Below are positions 10,085 through 19,350 of a stretch of DNA of 64,000 bases, piece after piece. Every line of letters starts with the position of its first letter. Within the stretch, counting starts at the first letter, position 1. A program made the position numbers and the translations under genes. The stretch spans positions 1 through 64,000 of the forward strand of contig JALUCS010000093.1 of NCBI GenBank assembly GCA_027050205.1, in the 5' to 3' direction. The notes beneath the pieces were generated by a model. The model did no database searches. It had not been told where the DNA came from and worked only from the letters and a program-made list of their open reading frames with translations. Source of the DNA: a candidate division WOR-3 bacterium (lineage in GTDB: Bacteria > Hydrothermota > Hydrothermia > LBFQ01).

Positions 10085-10717
10085 CTAAGGCCGTTTAAGA
10101 AGGTCTGATAGCCTCAACCTAACCCCCTCCCATATCTCAACCTCGTCCTCCCAGCCGAGTATTACGGCCGGTTTCCCCAACTCAAATACGAGGACGCTTC
10201 GAGGAGATGTCAGTATCCACACCACCCGCTTGACACCAAAGTCCATCAGCTCCCGCGATTTCCTTAGGATGTAACCTAAATCTCCCCCATCACCAACGTC
10301 GGCCTTCACATCCACCTCCACGACCAATAGGGGAGGAACGGGGTAGTAATGAGGGGTAAGTTCGTACTCCCTGACATCCGACGCTTTGAATAGGGCTATA
10401 TCCAGGTTCCTGCGGCTTCCCGTATGAGTTATCACCCCTACCTCTCCAGTCGCTATACGGAATTCTTCCTCCGGTAGGGATGCAAACATCCGGCGTAGTA
10501 CGTACTCCAGAACCCTCGCATGGAATGCGCTGCTTCCCATAACCTCCTCCGGTGTTTTTTTACCCTCAAGGACGTCTTTGTAGCCGCGGTAATAGATGGG
10601 CTTTCCATCAACGACCTCGTAGGTCAAGAGCTTCAGGAGTTTTTCCTTTCGCTCGTCCCTTTTTTCCTTGGCAACCTCTGGCTTCTCTGCTAACGCTACA
10701 CCCATACCAACCTCCAT
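10085..10717 (-). CDS. Uma2-like endonuclease, array copy 1
   Basis: Same N-terminus; LDIAL, PPLLVVEV, FGVKRVVWI. Confidence 0.8.
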   Translation of the reverse strand: MEVGMGVALAEKPEVAKEKRDERKEKLLKLLTYEVVDGKPIYYRGYKDVLEGKKTPEEVMGSSAFHARVLEYVLRRMFASLPEEEFRIATGEVGVITHTGSRRNLDIALFKASDVREYELTPHYYPVPPLLVVEVDVKADVGDGGDLGYILRKSRELMDFGVKRVVWILTSPRSVLVFELGKPAVILGWEDEVEIWEGVRLRLSDLLKRP

Positions 10718-10916
10718 TCTATGGCCGTTTCAAAGGATCCGGCAACCAAAATCCATCCTTTCCCTTCCGGCTTGGTCCCCGGCCACATAGTCTCGAAGGG
10801 CAATTTTTAAGGTATGACGGTCAAATTATGGATTTTTCTTGGGTTATATTGAACGGTTTCGGCTATTTGCAACTATAACCCTTTATCTCTTTAAACCCGG
10901 CTTTATAATTTCGGGC

Positions 10917-11570
10917 GTGGTACTGAAAGGAAGGTGGGAGACCAAGGAAAGGGACGAGATAGCGCACTTTCTGATCAACCACACACCCAACGGAGGGTCC
11001 GTTTCCATAGCCTCTAAGCGATTCCGTGTGGGTATTAGGTTGCAGGGGGGAAAGATAGTGGATTTCACTATAAATGGCAAACCCATAACCACCTTGTGGG
11101 AGATAAAGGGAACTCTACTCTCGCTCCTTGAGGAGAGTAAGGCCAACTTTGTAATAGCCGATGGCTTTCCCATAACCGAAGGCCGCATGAACGCAGACCT
11201 TCCATTTACAGCGATAATGATGGAGGTTCTCACCCTTCGGGATTCCCTCGCCGATGGTAAGACGGAGAGGTACTCCGGTATTTTAAGACTTCACTGCATC
11301 CCGCGAGGTGGGGATAGGGAGGAGTTCGTGAGGAGCATCAGATTAAGGTACAAGGATAAGGTACCGGTCGAAAGGTTATACAAGGACTTCCACTACGTCC
11401 TGCCGGCATATATCAATTACCTCATATCTGGCCTTAAGGAGGAGGGGTGCGTTAGCTTGGAAACGGCCGAGGGGGCGTCCCTATCCCCCGTACTACTGTT
11501 CCTCCTCGTCCTTCTGGTGTCTGCCTTGAGCGGTTTCGTCAGTTTCCTCCTCTTCCTTAGGATAATGTGA
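10917..11570 (+). CDS. DUF4388 (PatA N-terminal-like) membrane-anchored protein
   Basis: LKG....EIAHFL..., IRLQGGKIV, IMMEVLTLRD pattern; C-terminal TM helix; GTG 7 nt after TATAAT. Confidence 0.5.
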   Translation: MVLKGRWETKERDEIAHFLINHTPNGGSVSIASKRFRVGIRLQGGKIVDFTINGKPITTLWEIKGTLLSLLEESKANFVIADGFPITEGRMNADLPFTAIMMEVLTLRDSLADGKTERYSGILRLHCIPRGGDREEFVRSIRLRYKDKVPVERLYKDFHYVLPAYINYLISGLKEEGCVSLETAEGASLSPVLLFLLVLLVSALSGFVSFLLFLRIM

Positions 11571-11597
11571 TGGCACTACGGCCGTAAAATAGGCTCC

Positions 11598-11984
11598 ATG
11601 CCGAGAAGAGATGCGAGCTTCTATTCCCTCGGTCCTCTTGAAAAGGAGGTGATGGAGACTATATGGAGGGCCGGCAAAGGCGTAGCCGTCAGGGAAGTCT
11701 TGGGCGAGATAAACTCCCACAAGAAGGTCCCCTATGCGTACACCACCATCCTGACCGTCTGCCAGAACCTTGAGAAGAAGGGTCTCCTTAGAAGTGAGAG
11801 GGTCGGAAAGATGAACCTCTACTTCCCTACGGTATCAAGGGAGAAGTTCTACAAGGACAGACTGACCCACTTCATAGGCACCTTCGTAAGGGAACATCCT
11901 GACGTAGCTGCCTCCTTCTTCGCCGAGACGATGGACCTCTCCCCCGAGGAGGCGTACGAGCTGCTCAAGAAGTTTGAAAAATGA
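11598..11984 (+). CDS. BlaI/MecI/CopY family repressor
   Basis: LGPLEKEVMETIW, AYTTILTVCQNLEKKGLL. Confidence 0.9.
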   Translation: MPRRDASFYSLGPLEKEVMETIWRAGKGVAVREVLGEINSHKKVPYAYTTILTVCQNLEKKGLLRSERVGKMNLYFPTVSREKFYKDRLTHFIGTFVREHPDVAASFFAETMDLSPEEAYELLKKFEK

Positions 11985-12784
11985 GTGTCGGAGTCTATCT
12001 GATAATCTTAGCCTTCGCCCTACGGTTCGCTGGCAGGTATCTACCCTTCAGTATGTTCCGTGAGCGAATCCTACTTACGAGGCTCCTCCCTGTTGTCATC
12101 CTAGCGATACTCCTAAGCGTCCACCTCCTCCACAGCCACTTCACCCTCGCCGGTATGTACGTAATGGCCCAGATGTTCCCGGAGTTCCCCTTCTTGCTCC
12201 TCCTGGGGGCGGCCTACCTCCTCGTAGTGTCCTATCGCATCCTCCGTAGGACTGCTCTGACGTATAGGTTCAGAAGGGAACTCCTTTCTTCAGCCCGAAA
12301 GGAGGGAGACCTTTACGTCCTCCCTGTAGAGAATCTCGTAGCCCTTAACGTTGGGTTTTTCAGGCCCAAGGTGGTGGTCTCCGAGGGGGTCCTCGCCCTA
12401 CCCGAAAGGGAGAGGGAGATGGTTCTGGACCACGAGAGGTACCACGTGCGGATGAGGGACAACCTGCGGCTCCTTCTCTTTGAGATCCTCCTGCCCACGG
12501 AGAGGGATAGGGAGGATTACAGGACCTACCTTGAGATCAGGAACGATACCCGTATGCTCGGACGGTACGCCCCTCTTGAGATCGCCCGTACCCTTCTCAA
12601 GTTCTCTATGGCCTATCCGACCGCTACGGGTATGGCCACGTCCCTTAAGAGGCGTATAGGTTTCCTCGCAGGGGAGGAGAGGCTTTTGGACCTAAAGCCT
12701 ATTAGGGTTGTCGCCCTGCTCCTGCTACCTCTAATATGGTATATGGCCTACACGAGCTGCTACATGGACCTATGCACTAAATGA
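11981..12784 (+). CDS. M56 (BlaR1-like) zinc metallopeptidase without a penicillin-binding domain
   Basis: GFFRPKVVVSEG, HERYH zinc motif followed by RDN; TM helices; coupled to the BlaI gene. Confidence 0.8.
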   Translation: MSVGVYLIILAFALRFAGRYLPFSMFRERILLTRLLPVVILAILLSVHLLHSHFTLAGMYVMAQMFPEFPFLLLLGAAYLLVVSYRILRRTALTYRFRRELLSSARKEGDLYVLPVENLVALNVGFFRPKVVVSEGVLALPEREREMVLDHERYHVRMRDNLRLLLFEILLPTERDREDYRTYLEIRNDTRMLGRYAPLEIARTLLKFSMAYPTATGMATSLKRRIGFLAGEERLLDLKPIRVVALLLLPLIWYMAYTSCYMDLCTK

Positions 12785-13881
12785 GGGTCGCCTACGTCCA
12801 CGACTGGCTCATAACCCGCTCCGGGGCGGAGAGGGTCTTAGAGGAGATGTTAAAGACGGTGGCGGGGAGTCGCATCTTCACCCTCTTCTACAGGCCGGAG
12901 CAGTTCAGAGACAGCCCTATCTCAAAGGTACCCGTTGAGGAGTCCTTTCTGGCGAAGCTCCCCGGTGCCTACGGATACTACCGGACCCTCCTCCCCCTTA
13001 TGCCCGTGGCGATAGAGAGCTTTGACCTCTCCGGCTACGATCTCATAATCTCCTCCTCCCACGCCGTGGCCAAGGGCGTCCTGCCCCATCCCGGTCAGGT
13101 GCATATCTCCTACGTCCATACCCCCATGCGGTACGCCTGGGACCTCACCCACCAGTACATGGCGGGTATAGGGGGGCTGAAGAGAGCCATCGCCCGCCTT
13201 GTCCTCAACTACGTTCGTCTTTGGGACTACGCCTCCGCCCAGAGGGTGGACGTGTTCGTGGCCAACTCCAGAACGGTCGCCGCCCGCATAAGGCGGTACT
13301 ACGGCAGGGAGGCGCGGGTGATATACCCGCCGGTGGACGTCCATCGCTTCCGTCTGTCCGACTCCGTAGAGGACTACTTCGTCGTCGTCTCCCGCCTCGT
13401 CCCCTACAAGAAGGTGGACGTGATAGTTGAGGCCTTCAACGACCTCGGCCTACGGTTGCTGGTCATCGGTGAGGGGCCGGAGATGAAGAGAATAAAGCGG
13501 ATAGCCCGGAGGAACGTTGAGATCTTGGGGAGGGTGGGGGACGGCGAATTAGTTGAGATACTCTCCAAGGCGCGGGCCTTTGTCTTCGCCGCCTACGAGG
13601 ACTTCGGAATATCCCCCGTTGAGGCCATGGCCTCCGGGGTGCCGGTCATAGCCTACGGTAGGGGAGGCCTCACCGAGAGCGTTGAGGATGGGAAGAGCGG
13701 CATCTTCTTTATGGAGCAGACCCCGGAGGCTGTATCCGAGGCTGTAAGGAGATTCTTACGGATGGAGGACCGTTTCGTACGGGAGGAGATAAGGGAGAGG
13801 GCTATGAGGTTCTCACCGGAGAGGTTCCGGAGGGAGTTCGCCGGGGTGGTGGAGGAGGTGCGGGAGAGGATGGGGGTATGA
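12781..13881 (+). CDS. Glycosyltransferase family 4
   Basis: VHDWL..SGAERVL, EDFGISPVEAMASG. Confidence 0.9.
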   Translation: MRVAYVHDWLITRSGAERVLEEMLKTVAGSRIFTLFYRPEQFRDSPISKVPVEESFLAKLPGAYGYYRTLLPLMPVAIESFDLSGYDLIISSSHAVAKGVLPHPGQVHISYVHTPMRYAWDLTHQYMAGIGGLKRAIARLVLNYVRLWDYASAQRVDVFVANSRTVAARIRRYYGREARVIYPPVDVHRFRLSDSVEDYFVVVSRLVPYKKVDVIVEAFNDLGLRLLVIGEGPEMKRIKRIARRNVEILGRVGDGELVEILSKARAFVFAAYEDFGISPVEAMASGVPVIAYGRGGLTESVEDGKSGIFFMEQTPEAVSEAVRRFLRMEDRFVREEIRERAMRFSPERFRREFAGVVEEVRERMGV

Positions 13882-14220
13882 CTACCTTACTACAAGACGG
13901 CGGACGCCACTGGCGGTACGGAGGAAGTATATCCCACTCTTGAGGTTTGGTAGGTGCCCGTTCAGGGTACCTGTCCATACGAGACGGCCGGCGGGGTCGT
14001 ATATGGTAGCCGGTCCGTTAAGTGCCTTCAAGCTGGCTTCCTGTGGCCCGGACTCCCTTCTACGGATGCGATCGTCCCCTTTACGAATTGGGAGGACGAA
14101 ACCGGGAGCATCAAGGAGGTCGTTCCTGCGGAGTACTGCCAGCCTTACCTTGAGGGCGACGGTGGGGCGTATGGCCTTAAAGTACAGGGGTTGAACCCCC
14201 ACGATCAACATCCACAGCAT
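13882..14220 (-). CDS. Short protein consisting mostly of a C-terminal sorting-like domain (possible remnant)
   Basis: IYDPAGRLV...LKSGIYFL...RRLVVR tail with a short hydrophobic N-terminus. Confidence 0.45.
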   Translation of the reverse strand: MLWMLIVGVQPLYFKAIRPTVALKVRLAVLRRNDLLDAPGFVLPIRKGDDRIRRRESGPQEASLKALNGPATIYDPAGRLVWTGTLNGHLPNLKSGIYFLRTASGVRRLVVR

Positions 14221-14766
14221 AACTTTGGAATTTTAAGGGAGATACGGTTCCGGTGTGGTCCTAATGAGTGTGCTTTCAAAAACTTCAAGTTGGATTTCAA
14301 GAAAATTAAACCTGACTTTTAAAAAACTGGAAACTACACTTTAAGATCTTTGTACCACCTACGACGGATCTAGAGTAGAGCTGCATCGTTGCTTACCTTT
14401 TTGAGATTGAAACTCCATAAAATTATGGAGTGTGATTGGTGAAAATCAGGGTTTTTATACCCTGAACCTTCAGTTGTATCCTATTAGAACAGATTTTCCG
14501 CTATATATTGTAATTCCCCACCAGTTTTAATACTGGATCCGGCCCGATTCTACTTTCTGTGGGCTAAAGATGTCAATTTTTTTGTGTATGGCATTAATTT
14601 TTAGAATAAGTCTTATTTTGATTAGTTTGTATTTTAATAAATCTTACTAAGATTTTCTTAAATTTGATAAACCTTGAACGCCACCGAAAGGGCGGTAGGG
14701 ATCTGGAACTTCCAAGGGGCAGGAAGGTTTAACACTTGCAACCAATCACCAGTATAATACCCGCTT

Positions 14767-14883
14767 ATGAAGGTCCAGTCTTCGGTGAAGAAGAGGTGTG
14801 CGTACTGTAAAATAGTACGCCGTAAGGGGCGCGTTTACGTTATATGCAGCAAGAACCCGAGGCACAAGCAGCGGCAGGGTTGA
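14767..14883 (+). CDS. rpmJ: 50S ribosomal protein L36 (Zn-binding type)
   Basis: Manual translation [38 protein letters not shown]. Confidence 0.97.
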   Translation: MKVQSSVKKRCAYCKIVRRKGRVYVICSKNPRHKQRQG

Positions 14884-14898
14884 AAATAAGGAGGGAAA

Positions 14899-15279
14899 AT
14901 GGCCAGAATAGCCGGAGTTGATATCCCGAGGGATAAGCCCGTCTGGGTGGCCCTTGGCTACATTTACGGAATAGGGCCAGCTTTGGCTTTCAAGATCTTG
15001 GCGAGTACGGGGGTAGACCCCTTCAAGAGGGCGCGCGAGCTGACGGACGACGAGGTTACCCGCCTGCGGGCAGAGGTGGAGAAGTACAAGGTGGAGGGTA
15101 CCCTGCGGGCCGAGATCCAGAGGAACATCAAACGCCTCATAGACATAGGCTCCTACAGGGGCATCCGCCACAAGCTCGGACTTCCCGTCAGGGGTCAGAG
15201 GACCCGCCACAACGCCCGTACCCGTAAGGGACCGCGCGGGAACATCTTCGCAAGGCTGAAGAAGAAGAAGCAGGGATAA
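14899..15279 (+). CDS. rpsM: 30S ribosomal protein S13
   Basis: [28 protein letters not shown]. Confidence 0.98.
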   Translation: MARIAGVDIPRDKPVWVALGYIYGIGPALAFKILASTGVDPFKRARELTDDEVTRLRAEVEKYKVEGTLRAEIQRNIKRLIDIGSYRGIRHKLGLPVRGQRTRHNARTRKGPRGNIFARLKKKKQG

Positions 15280-15290
15280 GGGGGTAAAGT

Positions 15291-15677
15291 ATGGCGAGAA
15301 GGAGAACGACGAAGAAGAAGACGAAGAAGGCACCGGCAGAGGGAATCGTGCATATCCAGTCTACCTTCAACAACACCATCATCACCATAACCGACCTTCA
15401 GGGGAACACCATAACCTGGGCATCCGGTGGAACCGTTGGCTTCTCCGGCACCCGTAAGAGTACCCCCTTCGCCGCCTCCAGGGCCGCGGAGGAAGCCGCC
15501 CGTGAGGCTAAAAAGCTCGGAATGGAGAGGGTGGAGATAAGGGTGAAGGGCGCCGGTCCCGGTAGGGAGGCCGCCATAAGGTCCATAGCAGCCGCGGGCC
15601 TTGACGTTATCGCGATAATAGACGTGACCCCCATACCGCACAACGGGGTGAGACCACCTAAGAAGAGGTCGGTGTAG
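15291..15677 (+). CDS. rpsK: 30S ribosomal protein S11
   Basis: [18 protein letters not shown]. Confidence 0.98.
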   Translation: MARRRTTKKKTKKAPAEGIVHIQSTFNNTIITITDLQGNTITWASGGTVGFSGTRKSTPFAASRAAEEAAREAKKLGMERVEIRVKGAGPGREAAIRSIAAAGLDVIAIIDVTPIPHNGVRPPKKRSV

Positions 15678-15678
15678 T

Positions 15679-16305
15679 ATGGCAAGGTACAGAGGTCCCG
15701 TTTGTAGGCTCTGCAGAAGGAGCGGAGAGAAGCTGTACCTCAAAGGGGAGAAGTGTTTCACAAGCAAATGCCCCTTTGAGAGGAGACCCTACCCCCCCGG
15801 TCAGCACGGCCTGACCCGTAAATCCTCCAAGATGTCCATCTACGGCCAGCAGCTCCGCGAGAAGCAGAAGGTGAAGTGGATGTACGGCATGCTAGAGGCC
15901 CAGTTCAAGAGGTTCTTCCGGATAGCCGAGAGGATGCCTGGAGACACCGGCGAGAACTTCCTCTCGCTCCTTGAGCGCCGCTTGGACAACGTGGTCTTCA
16001 GGGCAGGGTTCGCCAAGAGCCGCCGTCAGGCCCGCCAGATAGTGCGCCATGGCCACGTCAAGGTCAACGGCCACAAGGTGGATATACCTTCCTACATCGT
16101 GAAGACGGGCGACGTGATAGAGATAGCCGAGCATTTCAGGAACAACAGGGAAGTCCAGGAGGCCGTAGCCCTCAAGAGGACACCTCCCGCTTGGCTGGAC
16201 GTAGATACCAATAACCTGACGGCCAAGGTCGTACGCCTACCGCAGAGGGCCGACATAACCCACCCCATAAACGAGCGTCTGATCGTAGAGTTCTACTCCC
16301 GGTAA
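15679..16305 (+). CDS. rpsD: 30S ribosomal protein S4
   Basis: [32 protein letters not shown]. Confidence 0.98.
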   Translation: MARYRGPVCRLCRRSGEKLYLKGEKCFTSKCPFERRPYPPGQHGLTRKSSKMSIYGQQLREKQKVKWMYGMLEAQFKRFFRIAERMPGDTGENFLSLLERRLDNVVFRAGFAKSRRQARQIVRHGHVKVNGHKVDIPSYIVKTGDVIEIAEHFRNNREVQEAVALKRTPPAWLDVDTNNLTAKVVRLPQRADITHPINERLIVEFYSR

Positions 16306-16317
16306 GGAGGAGGTAAG

Positions 16318-17397
16318 ATGGAGAACGAGAAGGAGAAGAAGAAGTACAATAAGTACGGTGTGGGTCTCAATCCCGTCGTATACTCCATAGGTGTGTATTA
16401 CGAGGAAGACGACACCTACGGACGGTTTGAGATAGGTCCCCTCTCCCGCAGCTACGGTATCACCATCGGCAACCTCTTCCGCAGGGTGATGCTAACCTCC
16501 ATAGGGGGAGCCGCCATAGTCGCCGTCAGGTTCAAGGGTATAAAGCACGAGTTCGCCGGTATCCCCGGTGTGGTTGAGGACGTACCCACCATCATCCTCA
16601 ACCTCAAGAAGGTGCGATTTAAGGTCGCCCGACCCTTCCAGAACATCATAGAGATAAAGCTGAAGTTCGTCTCCAAGGGGGACGAGCCTTACGAGGTCAA
16701 GGCGGGGGATATAGAGACACCTCTGGGCATAGAGGTGGTGAACAAGGACCAGCACATCGCCACCCTCGTGGCGAAGGACGCCGAGCTGATAGGGGAGCTG
16801 TACGTCGCCTACGGCCTTGGGTATATGGTGGGGGACGACGTACACGAGGCCCTGAAGCGTTCCAAGGCCAAACTGGTGGAGAAGCCAGACGTCATATTTG
16901 TGGATGCGATATTCTCCCCCGTCCAGAAGGTGAACTTCTTCGTAGAGGACTTCCTCTTCGGGGGCAGGTTTGATAAGGAGAAGGTCACGATTGAGGTATG
17001 GACGGACGGCTCCCGCAAGCCTTCCGAGGTCTTCTTTGAGGCCCTGGACATAATCCAGAACGTTCTGTCTCCCCTCAACAACCCCCTAAGCGAACCGATC
17101 AAGCCCGTCCGGGTTATCCTGCCCGACGAGGAGAAGGAGTTCATGAGAAGGAAACTCGCCAACCCCATATCGGCCATACTCAAGAGCGAACTTCCGAGCA
17201 AGTTGGTGCGGTCCATAGAGAAGGCGGGTATAAACACCTTCGGTGAGCTGCTGAAACACACCCCGGAGACTCTACGGGAGGAGTACGGATTCTCCGAGGA
17301 GGACGTGGCTATGATAGAGGACGCCGTGAAGCGTCTCGGTTTTGAGATGGGTAGGGACTACTGGAAAGAACTGGAGGAGGCCAGCCATGAGGCATAG
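16318..17397 (+). CDS. rpoA: RNA polymerase alpha subunit (divergent CTD)
   Basis: GITIGNLFRRVML, HEF..IPGVVEDV..IILNLK, VDAIFSPV; operon position. Confidence 0.95.
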   Translation: MENEKEKKKYNKYGVGLNPVVYSIGVYYEEDDTYGRFEIGPLSRSYGITIGNLFRRVMLTSIGGAAIVAVRFKGIKHEFAGIPGVVEDVPTIILNLKKVRFKVARPFQNIIEIKLKFVSKGDEPYEVKAGDIETPLGIEVVNKDQHIATLVAKDAELIGELYVAYGLGYMVGDDVHEALKRSKAKLVEKPDVIFVDAIFSPVQKVNFFVEDFLFGGRFDKEKVTIEVWTDGSRKPSEVFFEALDIIQNVLSPLNNPLSEPIKPVRVILPDEEKEFMRRKLANPISAILKSELPSKLVRSIEKAGINTFGELLKHTPETLREEYGFSEEDVAMIEDAVKRLGFEMGRDYWKELEEASHEA

Positions 17398-17743
17398 GGA
17401 CAAGAGAGTTAAACTCGGTCGGGAGAGGGAACATCGCAAGGCCCTCTTGAGGAACCTGGCGAGGGCCGTTATAGACCATTACTCCATAGAGACGACCACC
17501 GTAAAGGCGAAGGCCGCCAAGTCCGTTCTTGAACATCTCCTACACCTCGCCAAGGAGGCCAAGGAGAACCCCTCCCTCAACGTCCACAACCGCCGTAAGG
17601 CCTTCAGGATCCTGGCGGACCGCAAGTACGTGAACCGCCTGTTTGACGAGGTCGCCCCCAAGGTCAAGGGGGTTAGGATTGTGCGGGTCAGGATAAGGAG
17701 GGGCGACGCCGCCGAGATCTCCCGCCTTGAGTTCATACAGTGA
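17387..17743 (+). CDS. rplQ: 50S ribosomal protein L17
   Basis: MRHRDKRVKLGR..HRKALLRNL, RRGDAA. Confidence 0.95.
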   Translation: MRHRDKRVKLGREREHRKALLRNLARAVIDHYSIETTTVKAKAAKSVLEHLLHLAKEAKENPSLNVHNRRKAFRILADRKYVNRLFDEVAPKVKGVRIVRVRIRRGDAAEISRLEFIQ

Positions 17744-18606
17744 GGGTACTGGTAAGCGACTTCGGCGGCCTAAGGGTAAAGTGGGGGCTGTTTGAGGACG
17801 GGAAACTTTTAGAACGGGGGATAACGGATTCAACATCCGTTTCCCGGCCGGAGAAGTTTAAGGAGTTCATAGAGGGGTTTGAGTACGATCGTTTCGTCCT
17901 AGGCTTCGCTGGCCTGGTGAAGGATGGGATAGTCCTCCACGCTCCCAACCACCCGAGTTGGGACGGGTACAATCTCCATAGGATATTCGGCGGGGACGTG
18001 GTGATTGAGAACGACGCCAACCTCTTCACCCTTGGAGAGGCCATTTACGGCGCTGCTAAGGGCAGGAAGTTCGTCCTCGGCGTCACCCTCGGCACGGGCG
18101 TGGGGGGAGGCCTCGTCATAAACGGCCAGATAGTGCGCGGGGCGGGGGGTCTCGGTATGGAGATCGGCCACATCACCATCGGCATAGAAGGCCCCCCCTG
18201 CAACTGCGGTTCCTACGGTTGCGCCGAGGCCTACCTCGGTGGGGCCTACTTCGTAGATAGGGCGGCCCGCCTCTTCGTAAGGCACGGGAAGTCCCCCCCA
18301 AAGAGTATGAAACATCTGGAGGAGTCCGCCCGGATGGGGGTCAGGCTGGCCCGCTCCCTGTGGGATGAGTACGGCCGGTACCTCGGCGTCCTCATGGCCT
18401 CCCTCATAAACATCTTTGACCCGGAGATCATCGTAATAGGTGGGGGCATAGCAGCCGCCTACGACCTCTTCAAGGAGGCGATGCTCCAGGAGATACGCAG
18501 AAGGAGGGTGGCCTACATCCTCAATACGGAGATCGTGCCATCGCAGCTCGGACCGGAAGCCGCCCTGTGGGGAGGCTATCACCTCGTCGTCTCCGAGGGC
18601 GTATAG
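17740..18606 (+). CDS. ROK family sugar kinase (glucokinase-like)
   Basis: ENDAN, TLGTGVGGG, EIGH, CNCGSYGCAE. Confidence 0.9.
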   Translation: MRVLVSDFGGLRVKWGLFEDGKLLERGITDSTSVSRPEKFKEFIEGFEYDRFVLGFAGLVKDGIVLHAPNHPSWDGYNLHRIFGGDVVIENDANLFTLGEAIYGAAKGRKFVLGVTLGTGVGGGLVINGQIVRGAGGLGMEIGHITIGIEGPPCNCGSYGCAEAYLGGAYFVDRAARLFVRHGKSPPKSMKHLEESARMGVRLARSLWDEYGRYLGVLMASLINIFDPEIIVIGGGIAAAYDLFKEAMLQEIRRRRVAYILNTEIVPSQLGPEAALWGGYHLVVSEGV

Positions 18607-18608
18607 GT

Positions 18609-19349
18609 ATGGACCTAAGGGGAAAGGGGATACTCCTGACGGGTGCCACGAGGGGGATAGGGAGGGAGACACTGAAGCTCTTGGTAGGGGAGGGAGCGAA
18701 GGTCGCAGCAGTGGGTAGGGATGAGGAAGCGTTGAAGGAAATAAGGATGGCCTACGGGGATGCCGTCTTTCCCATCCAGGCTAACCTATCCGACCCGAAA
18801 CAGAGGGAGAGGGTGGTAGGTATGGCGGCGGAGGTCCTGGGAGGTCTGGATGTCCTCATCAACAACGCTGGCTTCGGTATATACGGCCCCTTCCTCAACG
18901 TTCCCGACGACAGGATGAGGGAACTCTTTGAGGTAAACTTCTGGACGCCCATTCACCTAACGCGCCTCGCCGTCCCCTTCCTCCATAACGGGGGCGTCGT
19001 CCTCAACGTCGTTAGCCTTATAGCCTTCGTACCTCTCCAGAGGTGGGCCATATACTCGGCGAGTAAGGCGGCCTTGAGGTCTTTCTTTATGGCCGCCAGG
19101 GAGGAGTTGCGGGGGGAGGGGATAAAAGTCATAAACGTCTATCCCTCGGTTACCCGTACGGACTTCTTTCAGAGGGCCGGGAGCGATGGCATAAGGGGGA
19201 CCGGTTCCGTATCCCCCGAAAAGGTGGCGAAGGTCATCGTTAAGGCCTTGAAACGGGGGAAGGAGGAGGTTTTCGTATCCTTCTGGGACGGTATTCTCGC
19301 CAAGATCGGTTTCCTTGCCGGTCCCTTGGCTACGAAGCTTGTAAAGTAG
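18609..19349 (+). CDS. Short-chain dehydrogenase/reductase
   Basis: TGATRGIG, NNAG, YSASK. Confidence 0.9.
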   Translation: MDLRGKGILLTGATRGIGRETLKLLVGEGAKVAAVGRDEEALKEIRMAYGDAVFPIQANLSDPKQRERVVGMAAEVLGGLDVLINNAGFGIYGPFLNVPDDRMRELFEVNFWTPIHLTRLAVPFLHNGGVVLNVVSLIAFVPLQRWAIYSASKAALRSFFMAAREELRGEGIKVINVYPSVTRTDFFQRAGSDGIRGTGSVSPEKVAKVIVKALKRGKEEVFVSFWDGILAKIGFLAGPLATKLVK

Positions 19350-19350
19350 G

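Larger units (their letters stand above)
7603..10745 (-). repeat. Tandem ~620-bp gene units with a conserved junction (consensus ...AAACGGCC(T/A)TAGAATGG(A/G)GGTTGGTATGGG...)
   Basis: Junction seen at ~8223, 8842, 9461, 10083 and 10717; 1-nt gap between stop and next ATG. Confidence 0.9.

Noticed and set aside
7603..10745. Uma2 junctions as CRISPR repeats or integron attC sites
   Set aside because: Spacing is whole paralogous genes, junctions lack attC palindromy and GTTRRRY cores, and no integrase is seen.
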